From: Octopus vulgaris
Lineage: Eukaryota
Direction: 5' to 3'
Length of the DNA: 64,000 nucleotides
NCBI GenBank assembly: GCA_951406725.2
Contig: OX597819.1
Location: 89,094,001-89,158,000 of the forward strand
Positions 1-13,404 of the stretch are shown piece after piece; positions within the stretch are counted from its first letter, which is position 1; every line of letters starts with the position of its first letter. Below the pieces are notes generated by a model that worked only from the letters and a program-made list of their open reading frames with translations, did no database searches and was not told the origin of the DNA. The position numbers and the translations under genes are program-made.

Positions 1-1179
1 TGGAATGAAGTGTTTTGCTCAAGAATATTTATATACAATGTAAACACTAAGAGTAAATTTAAACACCTAGTTCTTTAATACTGTATCCATTGTGTCCATT
101 CAACTATTGTCCAGTAGGACCTAACACTTCACTGAGTCACTAAACTATAATTCAGCTTACTTCAAAAACACACAGGCAATGGGATTAAAGATATATTTTG
201 TTTCTCAAAACACCGTTGAAAAAGGGTTCCAAAATAAATTTTGCAGTAACAATCTTTGCACTTAGCATTTTTTATTATAATGTAAGAAAAAAAAGTGTTC
301 AAAGAATATTAATATTTTTGATAACTTTTTGCTTTTTTTTAAAAATTAATTTTATTCTTTCCTTCCCCATCACCAGCAACAAGTTAATACAATAAAAAAA
401 ATATAAAATAACAGGATATACCGGTTGATAACCCCTTGGCAATATCATGGTACATCATATGCCAAAATGAAATTTTTTTTCCAACCCCACATCATCAACT
501 CATTAGGATGTTTATGCAGCAACTTAAGCTTCATATGACATTTGAGGATTAACTTCTTTGCATTGAAGAAAGAAAAATATCCAAAAGATCAAATTGCTTT
601 AAAATATCTTCGGGTTTTATATTTAGCTATTATATTTAATGAGAATCAAAAGAAAACAAAAGGGGGAAAAAAAACAAACAAACTGTGTTTGTTTATGCAT
701 ATGAGTATGTTTATGTGTGTATAAATACTTACACACACACACACACACATATAATACGTAATTCCCCACCAATGAAATCAAAATGAATATAAAAATCGAC
801 AAGCAAATAAAAGTAAAATGTCATAAGTTTCATTAAAAAATTTCTAAAGACATTCCGAATACATCAAACTGTTGAAGAGGGGGAGGGTGAAAAAATAAAA
901 CTTATAAGAAACCTAGAATTGTGAAAATTTAATGATTTCCGGTACACACACACACACTTCTGACTAAATAAAGTTTGGGTTCAAGGATGGCTGAGTGGTT
1001 ATAAAGCTTGTTTTGTGATCATGCTGTTTCAGGTTTCAGGTTTCATTTACATAGCAATTTCTTCCAGAGTTTCGGGTTGATCACAAGTGTGCAGATGAAA
1101 TTTTTAATGACTGAAACCAGTCTCACACACATACTTGCACACAGACACACTCATATACATACGTGCATACATACATACA

Positions 1180-1210
<31 letters not shown>

Positions 1211-1222
1211 CACATCACATCA

Positions 1223-1530
1223 CAGGCAAGACTGTATGGTTGAGATGTTTGCTTCCCAACCACATGGTTTCAGGTTCAGTCCCACTGAGTGGCATCTTGG
1301 ACAAGTGTCTTTTGCTATATCCCCAGGCTGACCAAAGTCTTGTGAGTTGATCTGGAAGAGGGTAACTGAAAAACGCCCATCATGTGTGTGTGTGTGCATG
1401 CACATGTGTGTTTGTATCTCCTTGTCTTCATACTATGTTACAGCTGTAAGTGAATATTACTGTCATAGAGGTGGAGTCATTCATTTCTAATATTCTGTGG
1501 AAATATGCCTGGCCATGGAGAAATATATTA
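1223..1530 (+). mobile_element. tRNA-derived SINE, family A (variant 3' tail)
   Basis: Head caggcaagactgtatggttgagatgtttgcttcccaaccacatggtttcaggttcagtcccact followed by an internal (TG)n tract; matches the many copies in this window. Confidence 0.8.
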
Positions 1531-1802
1531 CATGCATACGTACACTAATGTGCATGCACACCTATGTATACATACACATATCATCAGCATTGATTAATGT
1601 CCTTTTTCCATGCTGGCATGGGTTGGACAGTTTGACAGGAGCTGTCCAGCCAGAGAGCTGTCAACACACACACACAAGTGAATAAATATCTATCTCTCTT
1701 TCTATATATATATATATATATATATAAATTAATAAATAAATAAAACATATGCATATATACATACATATATGTATGTACCTACCTCTACATGTATATATAC
1801 AT

Positions 1803-2005
1803 GCATATATGGGTACCATGATATTGCCAAGGGGTTATCAACCGTCGAACACAATGAGAAACGAAAACATAAACACAAAACCAAGGAAATGGACATTTTT
1901 TTTAAACAACGAAAAAATAGAGTACAGGACACACAAAACAAGGAAAATTCCCCTTCTTCAGTCGCCTTAATTTCATCTACTCCACGTTTCGAAGGTCAAA
2001 ATGTG
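1803..2005 (-). mobile_element. Truncated pLTR-like non-autonomous element in a TA microsatellite
   Basis: Flanked by TA/CA repeats. The minus strand carries CGAAACGT (3' half of an HHR core) but no upstream CTGANGA. Confidence 0.45.
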
Positions 2006-2021
2006 TATATATATATATATA

Positions 2022-2335
2022 TCATCATCATCATCATCATCGTTTACTGTCCACTTTCCATGCTAGCATGGACGATTTTGACTGAGGGCTGCACCAGGCT
2101 CCAATCTTGATCTGGCAAAGTTTCTACAGCTGGATGCACTTCCTAACGCCAACCACTCAGAGTGTAGTGGGTGCTTTTTTATGTGTCATCAGCACAGGGG
2201 CCAGTCAGGCGGTACTGGCAATAACCTCGCTCGAATCTTTTTACGGGTGCCAGTGAAGCAACGTTGGTAACGATCACGCTCGAATGGTGCCCTTGTACGT
2301 GCCACAGGTATGGAAGCCAGTTGGCTGTTGCCAGT
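2022..2335 (-). mobile_element. RTE-type 3' UTR / SINE, family C, with (GAT)n tail
   Basis: (CAT)n then cgtttactgtccactttccatgctagcatgg...ggatgcacttcctaacgccaaccact; homologous to copies at 41.2, 41.6, 48.6, 58.1 and 62.4 kb. Confidence 0.75.
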
Positions 2336-2831
2336 TATATATATATATTTGTGTATATATATAAATATATTAGATAATAAATTGTATGGTTTATCCTTGG
2401 TAGCTTACCAGTAAAACACGTTCACTTTCACAGTGTTCAATGTGTATTTGGTTAATGAGAGACGGAAGATGGAAGATATGAGAATTTCTATTAATCATTA
2501 CAACTGTTTCAATCGTAACACTCCACTGAATCCCTAGGACAAAACTAATTGGTAAGACTGGCCATAATGAGTATATAACAATGAGTATATAATACTGTAC
2601 ACTTTGGATAATATACTCACTCTATGAGTGCATTTTTTTCTGGCTTAGACGACTTAAACACACACACACATTTTTTCAACATATCAATATATTTATATAT
2701 ATGTTGAAATTGTGGTGATATTTAGTCAATAAGTGATGAGGGACTGGGCATGCCCTCATCCACTGAACTCATTTTTAGCTGGTTTTCTGTAAACTCCTTT
2801 GTCATCCCCAGAACCACATTTAAATTTTGTT

Positions 2832-2873
2832 TTTATTATACATTTATATATATATACACACACATATATATAT

Positions 2874-2904
<31 letters not shown>

Positions 2905-2920
2905 CACACATACACACACA

Positions 2921-2968
<48 letters not shown>
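2832..2968. repeat. Compound (TA)/(CA)/(GA) microsatellite
   Basis: Read directly from the sequence. Confidence 0.95.
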
Positions 2969-2969
<1 letters not shown>

Positions 2970-3944
2970 ATGTGCATGTATAAGATATGCCTTTGTATAC
3001 ATATAAGCACAATGATTGTGTATGTATACACAGATACATAAACTAAAATATGGAAATAGATATTACTATCAAATGTTCCTAAAGGGAAAGTAACTGAACA
3101 AGTTGCCTGCTTGCCATTTGTGCTTTCTAACTGAGGAGAGCTACAAGAAAAGCACAGGAGTTACTATTCACACAAGCATTTCAAGTTAATGACAAGATCT
3201 CCCATGGGGGGAATGAAGCATTTCATAACTTTATTTTATTTCTTTTCCCGGGGGTTCATTCATGTGTTTCTGAAACAGGATCACACTGCTTGTAAATATC
3301 TAATGAAGTATTCTACCCCTGTTGGTGATGATAATCCATCTCAACAACACAACAACATGGAGCACTGTAAAAATGGTGTTATCAGATAAATGTCCTTAAT
3401 ACCAGATGCATCACAGCTAAACTAAGTAAGTGGATGAGATAATAAATTGAAAAAAAAGAAAAAGAACTTCACTTGCTAAAAATAAAAGAAGTGGCAGAGT
3501 TTACACTTAATATTTTCTAAAGTATCAGAGAAAGTCCCAAATCCAAGAAAACTGGCGTGGGTTTGCATTGACAACACAAAATCAAAAGCAGAGCTAAGTA
3601 AACAATTTCTCTTCTGGAATCCCATGGTAAATGCTTTTCATAATGGAATTCTATAATCTATGCTTTTCATAAAACATAAATTTCAGCAAAACATGCTGTT
3701 TGAAGGAAAGGTACTCAAACCAGCAAGATTTACAATAAGCAAAGTTTGGATTTTCATTGGAAAAATTTCAAATAAGAACAGTGTCTACTTTGGTTTCCAT
3801 CCTTCCAGGTTCAAAAGAATATGCTCTCCAACAAAGTGCTTGCTTAAAATCCATTCTAAGAATTATATCCCAATTTTCTTTCTTGTATTATTATCATTAT
3901 CATCATTATTATTATTATTATTATTACCATTATTATTATTCACT

Positions 3945-4596
3945 ATGTTCTGAGTTCAAATTCCACTGGGGTTGACTTTACCTTTCATCATTTGGGGTTG
4001 ATAAAAAAAGTACCAGTTGAACAATCAACTCACCCCCTCCCCCCAAACTGCTGCTTTTATGGCAAAATTTAAAACCATTATTATTATTATTATTACTATT
4101 ATTAAGGTGGCGAACTGGCAGAAACGTTAGCACGCTGGGCGAAATGCTTAGCAGTATTTCGTCTGTTTTTACGTTCTGATTTCAAATTCCGCCGAGGTCG
4201 ACTTTGCCTTCCATCCTTTCAGGGTCGATAAATTAAGTACGAGTTACGCACTGGGGTCAATGTAATCAACTTAATCCCTTTGTCTGTCCTTGTTTGTCCC
4301 CTCTGTAATTAACTAGTCCCCTCCACCAAAATTTCAGGCCTTGTGCCTACAGTAGAAAGGATTATTATTATCATTATTATTATTACGGCAACAAACTGGC
4401 AGAATTTTTAGTATGCAAGGCAAAATGCTTAGTGGTATTTCACCCATCCTTATGTTCTGAATTCAAATTCTGCTGTGGTCATCTTTGCTTTCATTCTTTC
4501 GGGGGTCAATGAAATAAGTACCAGTTGAGTGATGGGCTTGATGTAATCAACTAGCTTCCTCCCCAAATTTCAGGCCTTGTGTCTATAGTAGAAAGG

Positions 4597-4636
<40 letters not shown>

Positions 4637-4775
4637 GTACTACTAGAGCAGCAAGCTGGCAGAAACATTAGCGTGCTGGGCAAAATGCTCTGTGGCATTT
4701 TGTTCATCCTTACATTGAGTTCGAACTCTACCGAGATTGACTTTACCTTTCATCATTTTGGTGGGGGTTGATAAA
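3945..4775 (+). mobile_element. Tandem array of about 4 tRNA-derived SINEs (family B) separated by (ATT)n/(ACT)n
   Basis: Repeated ggcgaactggcagaaacgttagcac...ttcaaattccgccgaggtcgactttgcc...ctggggtc units at about 3945, 4104, 4387 and 4648. Confidence 0.85.
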
Positions 4776-5882
4776 ATATGATAGAAAATTGATTGCTAAA
4801 TGAAATTTCATAGTTACATTAAACAAGTTAAAATTATTTGCACAAAAGCTTTCATTATTTTTTCCTTTTTTCTTTCTTTTTTTTTTTTCAAAAAAAAAAA
4901 AAGACTATGAATTGAAGGAGATTTGGTTACTAACTCTAACAGGTCAAGTAACCATATACAGTTCACCTCATTGACTGAGAGATTTAGTAGTTAAAATATG
5001 TGGTGTACTACTAAAATATGATAGAAAGTTGATTGCTAAACGAGATTTCACTGCTACATTAAACAAGTTGAAATTATTTGCATAGAAGCTCCTTTTGCTA
5101 TTTTGACATTTATGAGTTAAACTTTTATGGCAACAAACTTTAAAACTGAATTTAATTACATATTCAGCTTTAAGCAAAACTTCCAACTGTTGATAAACAC
5201 TAACAATTTTAAATTAGTTATAGCTTTCAACATAAAATAAAATTAGTTTGTTCAAAATCAATGATGTGATTGTTATTGTTATTATTATTGTTATTGTTGT
5301 TGTTATTGTTATCAGTGGGTTTATTTTTTTTTCCTTTGTATAATGATTAAGATTAGTAAATGACTTTAAGAAGCAGAAGTTAGTGCAAAGACAAAAACGA
5401 AATGAAAGAATGAATAAATAAACACATAAATAAATAAATAACTATGCAACAACTCAATAAGTCGTTCAACCATTAATGAATCTAATGAACATTTTCCACG
5501 GTCAACAAAACGTTTTGGTTTTAAACAAACAAATTTTTAATGTTTGCATCATTTAAGAAAATAAACAGTTCAGTCTTTAGTAAAATGTACTTCTCTTTAT
5601 GCCCTAGCTATCAATACCGAAAAAAAGAAAAATGTAAAAATAAATTGTGAAAAAAATAAAAAATAAAACTCAGCCAATTTGCATATTATATGTAAATGAG
5701 GTATCATGAAACAAAAAAAATAAAAGAGGGGAGGGTGAGAGAGGTTAAGAATATATACATAGTTCGTTTTAGGAAGATTAAATTCAACATACATACACAT
5801 ACTTAGGTGATATTTTTTTGTTGCTTTTTTTGGAAGAATTTTTAGGCTATATGCCAAAGATAGAGACATCACAAAACTAACA

Positions 5883-5934
5883 ATTGCAGTATCATGATTT
5901 CAATCCTTTACTAGGGTCAATCATCAGATGCAAT
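5883..5934 (-). ncRNA. Type I hammerhead ribozyme motif
   Basis: Minus strand reads attgcat-CTGATGA-(imperfect stem II)-GAA-ATCATGAT (palindromic stem III)-A-ctgcaat. Stem I is attgca/tgcaat. Confidence 0.6.
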
Positions 5935-6104
5935 GTAGAAGTTTGATGTTTTTCAGTGTTTTTCATAGAATTCTTTGTAGAACAAGACACCAATACTGGT
6001 ACTGGTCTTTACTAAAAGACAAACAAAAATTAGACAAAGTTCATCTTAGATTCTCTCTTATCTGTGAGCTTTTAGCTAAAAAAAAAAAAAAAAGAGAGAA
6101 AAGC

Positions 6105-6890
6105 AGTATGATGATGGTGGGATGATGATGGTGGTGGCAGTGGTACAGTGATGATGGTGGTGGAATAGTGATGATGGTGGTAGTGGAGAAGCAGTGATGT
6201 CGGTAAAATAGAGATGATGTTGATAGTGATATTGATGGAGTAGTGATGATGATGATGGTAGTGGAGTGGTAAGGCTGATGCAATGATTTTGCTAGAGTAG
6301 TGACAATGAGTATGATGATGATGATGATAATAGTAAAGTAGGGATGACAATGATGATGATGGAGGAGGCGTAGCAACAGAGGTAGTGGAATAGTGATGAT
6401 GATGGTGGTGGTGGTGGTGGTGGTGGTGAAGTAATGATGACGATGATGAAGATGGCAATGGTGTTGAATAATCTCTGATGAAGATACTGGTGAGAATTGT
6501 AATGACAATGGTAATGAGGGGGACAATGATGATGATGTTGATGAAGATGAAACTAATGACGATGTGAGAATGAGGATGGGATAACAACAATAGTGGTGTT
6601 GATAGCAGTGATGACAGCAGTGGCAATAATGATGATAATGAGGATGATGATGATGATAGCAGTGATGACAAAGATGGTGGTCACCACGTAAGTGAGCACG
6701 GCTGCAATAATTATGATAGCAACGACAACAGTGTTAGGGATGATGGTAATGAGGACGGTAATGAGAACAACAGCAATGACAACAATGGTGATGATGATGA
6801 CACTGATGAAGAAGGCAGTGACAATGATGAAGCAATGACAAGAATAAGGATGATGGTCATAGTGATGACGGCAAGGATAATGATGAAAGT
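6105..6890. repeat. Degenerate (GAT/GGT/GAC)n trinucleotide low-complexity tract
   Basis: Read directly; it produces spurious poly-H/S/I ORFs. Confidence 0.9.
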
Positions 6891-7004
6891 AAAGACAGAG
6901 GTCTCTGTTTTGAAGGAACCTTCTCTCAGTCCACCTATCACAAAAGTCTTGTAAAAGATCAAGGGCACTGCCTTGCCTCCTAACACAGTGATAAAAAAAA
7001 AAAA

Positions 7005-7394
7005 TGCAGGAGTGGTTGTGGGGTAAGTAGCTTGCTTACCTACCACATGGTTCCGGGTTCAGTCCCACTACATGGCACCTTGGACAAATGTCTTCTATTA
7101 TAGCCTCAGGCCGACCAAAGCCTTGTAAGTGGATTTGGTAGATGGAAACTGAAAGAAGCTCATCGTGTGTATATATATATATGTATGTATGTGTGTGTAT
7201 ATGTTTGTCCCCCCCAACACCGCTTGACAACCGATGCTGGAGTGTTTACATCCCCATAACTTAGCGGTTCAGCAAAAGAGACCGATAGAATAAGTACTAG
7301 GCTTACAAAGAATAAGTCTTGGGGTCGATTTGCTCGACTGAAAAGGCAGTGCTCCAGCATGGCCACAGTCAAATGACTGAAACAAGTAAAAGAG
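7005..7394 (+). mobile_element. Full-length tRNA-derived SINE, family A
   Basis: A/B-box-like head (gtggttgtggggtaag...ggttcagtccc), internal TA/TG microsatellite, and tail ccagcatggccacagtcaaatgactgaaacaagtaaaagag. Confidence 0.9.
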
Positions 7395-7975
7395 CTTGGT
7401 TTTATTTTATTTATGAATAATCACGATAGAAAATAAGGATTTTATCATATTTTCTTTATAGAAAACATACCCTCCATTGGTCTTTGGTTTCCATGACACC
7501 AACCACTTAAAAATCTCTGCTTGAAGCAGTCATTCAACCAGTTAGAAATAGCCACTAAATATCTCCCTCAAACCATGTCTTAATGTTTTAAAAATAGACA
7601 AATTAGATAATATAACCCTAGTTACATTATGTCTAAGAAAAAAAAAAGTGGGTAAATGAAAGAAGTAGGTCATAACTGGAATGCCTTTGATCATGTCTGT
7701 ACAGCCAAATGTGTCCTGGGGCTAAACCCCCAAAACAAAAACAATATAAAGTAGGAATGTACAAAACCAAAAGCCATAATAAAATTGTTAATTCCCATTA
7801 ATAAAAAACAAAATAAAAACAATATCCACTTTTACTTATTTTCCTTTCTTTTTATCTTTTTCCTCTTGTATCTTCTTTTCTTTAGCATTTTAAACTCACA
7901 ACATCACTACAACCAGCAAATCCATTATTTTTGCTCCTTTCAAAAAACTTAGATATAATTGAAATACCTCCACCC

Positions 7976-8009
<34 letters not shown>

Positions 8010-8724
8010 CATACAAAAGAAAAAGTAGATGTAATAATTCCACAGTCATAACTATTATACAAAATCTATTTTCTCCACACGATCTCTCTCTCTCTCTCTT
8101 TCTTTCTCCATCTCTAAGAAGCAGGAACACATGTTCAAAACATTTCTGCAAGAGTATTCCACATTATACAGTAATAAAACCAACTGAAATACCAATTTTA
8201 AAAACATGATATAGAAAGACTAGATAAGCCGCATAAGCTACTCGACAAGGAAGAAATGATCTAAGATAAAACATAATGATACTGAAAAGACCAAAAACTA
8301 AAAAGGCAACAACAAACACCTCATCTTGAACTTTTTTTTGTTTTGTTTTCTTACAAATTATTTCTTAATATCACTCAGAAATTTAATAAATTGATTACAA
8401 TGGGTTTTAAGAAGATACATTTAGAAAGCCAATTGTTTCAGTATTATTCCCAGAATCATAAAATAAATTTCAGTAATTGATGCAATAATCTAATATCTAC
8501 ACAAATTATTTAACATTTTAACTTCATGATGAAAGATAAAGATGATGGAAGAGTAGCATATTATCTAAGACATTTTTACAAAGTATTTCTTAATATCAGT
8601 CAGAAATTTTATAAATTGGTTGCTAGGACTTTTAAGGAAATGTTTACCAATACCTAGCTGTATAAGAGAATTTGTCTCAGAATTATAATATAAATTTTTA
8701 CAATAGTTGCAGTAATCTTTGTAC

Positions 8725-8900
8725 CATTTTACTTGTTTCAGTCATTAGACTGTGGCAATGCTGGAGCACTGCCTTGATGGATTTTAGTTGAACAAATCAA
8801 CCAAGCACTGGTTTTATCACCTCTTTTACTGAACCACTAAGTTACAGGGATGTAAACAAACCAACACCAGTTGTCAAGCAGTGGTGGGGAGCACACACAC
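8725..8900 (-). mobile_element. SINE family A, 3' half
   Basis: ttttacttgtttcagtcattagactgtggcaatgctggagcac is the reverse complement of the family tail. Confidence 0.75.
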
Positions 8901-9375
8901 ACAATCATCATCACCATTTAATGTCCATGTTCAATGCTGGAATGGTTTGGACCATATGTATCATCATCATCATCATCATCATCATTATCTGCATGTATCA
9001 TCATCATCATCATCATATATGTATGCATATACTGATTAAATAAGCAACCCTTGGGTATTAAAGGCAGTTAGTTGTACACATTTTATCAGTCCCAAAGGGG
9101 AAAATGAAAAGCAACATCAAATTTGTAAGGATTTTGAAATTTTGTAACAAAAAAAAGCAAAAATTAAATAATGAACCACATTTAGCAAGCATTCTATAAT
9201 CTCAGTTATGTTTAACCACTTGCCATTGGGGAAAGGCATGTGTATCACAGTTTCCCTCTACCTCCACTTGCAATACCCAGTTTTACTTCCTTTAAAGAAA
9301 ATAACAAGCTTGGCTGCTTATCAATGAAAGGTTTTGCTTTCAAGTTAATCAAAAGTAACTATTTCCTATTTACGA

Positions 9376-9406
<31 letters not shown>

Positions 9407-10138
9407 CCATTTTCTTTTAGCCTCAGAAATCTAACAAAATTGCTTTAATTTGTTTCCAACAAAATCAGGAAAAATCCAACTAAAAAAAACTACTTTGAAC
9501 ACTGCATTCTATTTAATTTTTAATGCATGTGCAATGTAAAGAGAGAGAGAGGAGAGATGGAAAGATAGAGAGAGAGGAGATGAGGGAAAGAGAGAAGGAG
9601 AGGGAAAGAGAGAAGGAGAGAGAAGAAAACTAGCAAAGTACGAGTTTAATTTGGGTGGATATCTTCGCATACCCCACTCCACACACCTATTAGTCTATAT
9701 TTCATTAATAATAAAGAAATAATTTACCACAATTCATCCAATGCACTAAAAGACCTGACTAATAAGAGAACAAGAGCACAACCGGAGATTCTAACTGGAT
9801 GAACACACAACCATTAACTAAGGAAACTTTAACAACAAAAAAAAATGCTATTTTCAGTTTTTTCCAATGCATTCATGCACATGCACATACTCTCTCATAC
9901 ACACATACATGCATGTACATTAGTTTCCTTAGCAACAGAGATTTGCTGGTTGGGTTCGTTTGTCAAATAGAAATATAATTTCACATTCTTTTTTTTTTTT
10001 TTTAACCAAAATGAAACTATCTACTTTCAAATACATTGCGAGTTCAAATGAGTAAGAGAGACAGAGAGAGATAAAAGTGTAACAAATAAAATGTGCGTAC
10101 ATAAAAAGTAAAGAGATGTTAGTGTGTGTCTATGTACA

Positions 10139-10188
<50 letters not shown>

Positions 10189-11059
10189 TATGCATACTAT
10201 AGAGAATGCATTTATGTAAATGAATGTCAACTTCTTACTGTAAGCATGTGTCACATTTGTTTGTTTTTACACTTACTTCCCATTTCTTTGTCTCCATTTA
10301 TTTAGAATAAAGTCTGAAAATTCTATAGAATCTTAATTTTGCAATAAATTCCAGAAGTATTTTACAAATGGATTTTTTGTAAACCATACCAGTTAGGTGC
10401 TTATTTTTTATGCAAAGGTGTGACTGGTTCAGTAACTTCCCAAAGCAAGCAGCTAACCAGGTCACCATGTGTAAGTGAAGTGCAGAGCTGAAAGTATAGA
10501 GCCTGCTGTACATCCTTGGTTGCAAGTGCCATGAAAGACATCCATCTCATTCTGAAGTTCCAAATTTTTCTAACGTGAGGAATTAGCAAAACTGTTGTTT
10601 GCACGGAACAAAAAGCAAAAGTTGGTGTAGAGCAGGCATAGGAAACCTTTTACAAGAAGCAAGCCTCATGAGACATGGCTCATCATCAGGCAGGCTGCAC
10701 TACTAAAACAATTGAAGGTAATTTTTCATTAGGCATTCCATTCAGAAAGTCTCATGAGCCACAATTTGCCCACAACTACAGCAAGATTATAAAGATTTTG
10801 GAAAATAAATACAATCTCAGTTACCATCATCTTCATAACCATTTTGACGTTCACATTTCTATGTTTGCATTGATCAGATTAAAATCAGAGGCAGATTTCC
10901 CTTGGCAGGATGCTCTTCCTGTCTCCAACCTCACCTATTTCCAAGCAAGGCAATATTTCCTCTAGTCCTTTGAAAATGAATAGCACAATAGCTAGACATG
11001 TTTTCAAGGAAGATTACAAAGAAAGAACAGTGATGCTTCTTTACAATTAGCACACAATG

Positions 11060-11282
11060 TCAAGACAAGGAGACAGGAAAACACACACACAATCATATAT
11101 GCAAACACATACTCTCTCATGTATTTTCATTATACGACAGGCTTCTTTCAGTTTCCATCAACCAATTCCACTCACAAGGTTTTTGTTGGCCAAGGCTATA
11201 GCAGACGGTGCTACACAGTGAGACTGAACTCAAAACTATGTGGTTGCAAAGCAAACTTAACCACATAGCCATGCCAGCACCT
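11060..11282 (-). mobile_element. SINE family A, 5' half
   Basis: Reverse complement of the head: gcttctttcagtttccatc...ccacatagccatgccagcacc. Confidence 0.75.
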
Positions 11283-11439
11283 ACGTCTTCAAACCCATTA
11301 AAATCCCATTTACATCAAGAATGATATAGTAACATTTAAATTGACATCAATATCTAACTGGTACTTAATTTCATTGGTCCCAGTAAGATTTGAACTTGCA
11401 ACATAAGGGTCCACAATACAATCAATATTTTTAAAACAT

Positions 11440-11915
11440 ACACACATATGCATGTGTGTGTATATTAATGTATGTATGCATGATTGTATGCATGTATATA
11501 TACTCTGTGTGTATGTATGTATGTATATATGCATGTATGTATGCTGTGTGTATGTATGTATGTATGTATGCTGTGTGTATGTATGTATGCTGTGCATGCA
11601 TGTATGTATGCTGTGTATATATGTATGCATGCTGTGTATATATGTATGCATGCTGTGTATATATGTATGCATGCTGTGTATATATGTATGTATGAGTATA
11701 TGTATGTATGAGTATATGTATGAATGCTCTGTGTGTGTATGTATATATGCTGTGTGTGCATGTATATATGCTGTGTGTGCATGTATGCTGTATATATATG
11801 TGTATATATTTATGTACGATTGTACGATTGTATGTATGTACGAGTGTATGTATGTATGTATATATGTACAATAGTATGTATGTATGTACATATGATTGTA
11901 TGTATGTATGTAAGT
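11440..11915. repeat. (TATG)n-derived satellite with ~21 bp higher-order units
   Basis: Repeated gctgtgtatatatgtatgcat units. Confidence 0.9.
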
Positions 11916-12742
11916 ATGGCTTTGCTCAAATTCTATTGTTCTAATCCACAAGTGTTGCTGCTAGCGAACTAAACCTAAACAGCAGAACAATAACATCTAT
12001 ATATTTCTGGCAATGCTAAACTGTTTACAGTATGCAGGCACATGCATTTACAATTTAAGCATATGTTCATGTGATCACATCTGCATGAATTATGTGCGTT
12101 TGCATGTGTGAGCGTGTATACTAAAATAAATATACTTCAAGTTCACACGTGTGTGTCAGGGTGTGTATGTCTGTGTATATATATGTGTGTGTGTGTGTGT
12201 GTGAGTGTGTGTGTATACATGTGTGTATGTATTTATGTACAATTGTATATCAATTGCAACCAAAATGTTCTGTCTCTCAGCTGAAAGCTATGTCAATTTA
12301 ACAGCTGTTCAAGACGAGACCTTAAAGAACCAAATGCCAAGTACAGTTAAAAGAATATCAAAACATCATATTACACTCAGGCACCTCAATTCAACCCTAT
12401 CCCTGGCACTGAAATGTTGAACACATTTTTTTCTCTTATCAAGATAACACAGAGACAGTGGTGGAGACAAAACTAATCAATGTAACATTTCCTTCTTCAA
12501 AAAGTCAGTTCTTAAAATAAGACAGTCATTAAAACTTTTTAATTGATTTTTATTCAGTTTATCTTAATTATTTTTTTTTTATTTTCTCGTTTTGTTGACT
12601 GCATCAAGTTATGGCTAGAGGTGGCAAACAACATCTGTGAAATCAAAGTTTAAAACTCTTGACTGTTCAGTTATAAGTTCAAGTTATATTGATACCGGTA
12701 CAGCCATAGAATTGCTGATTGTGTCTCTAAACATAGCATAGC

Positions 12743-12909
12743 AGAGGCATGGCTGTGTGGTTAAGAAGTTCACTTCTCAACCACATGGTTTCAGGTTCAG
12801 TCCTGCTGTGCAGCATCATGAGTGAGTATTTTTTTTTTTGCTATAGATCCAGGCAAACCAAAGCTTTGTGAGTGGATTTCGTAGAGAGAAAAATGAAGGA
12901 AATCCAACA

Positions 12910-12964
<55 letters not shown>

Positions 12965-13228
12965 AAGTGTGTGTGAGTGAGTGTGTGAGTGAGTGTGTGC
13001 AAGCATGTGTGTGTGTGTCTGTGTGATCATGTCTTCTTGTTCTGACATCATGTGCTAACTGTAAACAAATGTCATTGTCAACCAACCGGTGTTGTTTGTT
13101 AGCAATCTGACATAAAAACATGTCAAATCTTTGTGCTGTTCATGTTTGAAGAACTAAAGGAAATGTTACCATGCTTGGAAACAGGTGAGGGTTGGCAACA
13201 GGAAATGCCCCAGGCCACAGAATGTCTG
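12743..13228 (+). mobile_element. SINE with family A head and RTE-like 3' tail
   Basis: Head gaggcatggctgtgtggttaagaag; tail ...ggaaaatggatgtggtaataatgat. Confidence 0.7.
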
Positions 13229-13404
13229 CTTCAATGAACTTCATGTGAGCCATGCAAATGTAGGAAAATGGATGTGGTAATAATGATATTTACAAACACA
13301 CATAAGTTCCACTCCTACTTCACAGTGGAGTGGTTAGAAGTGGGAAGAACATTCCATCTGTAAAAACAATTGCTCTGATAATGAGCCAAAGAGAGAGGGA
13401 GGGA

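Noticed and set aside
6041-7046. Long ORFs of 111-199 aa
   Set aside because: Translations of a degenerate trinucleotide tract; no domain content.
10390-10487. Possible 98-nt minus-strand exon
   Set aside because: Plausible splice sites but an unrecognisable peptide; expected by chance in 64 kb.
10633-10780. Possible hAT MITE
   Set aside because: TIR match is poor and there is no TSD.
11310-11972. Overlapping ORFs up to 213 aa
   Set aside because: Artefacts of the (TATG)n satellite.
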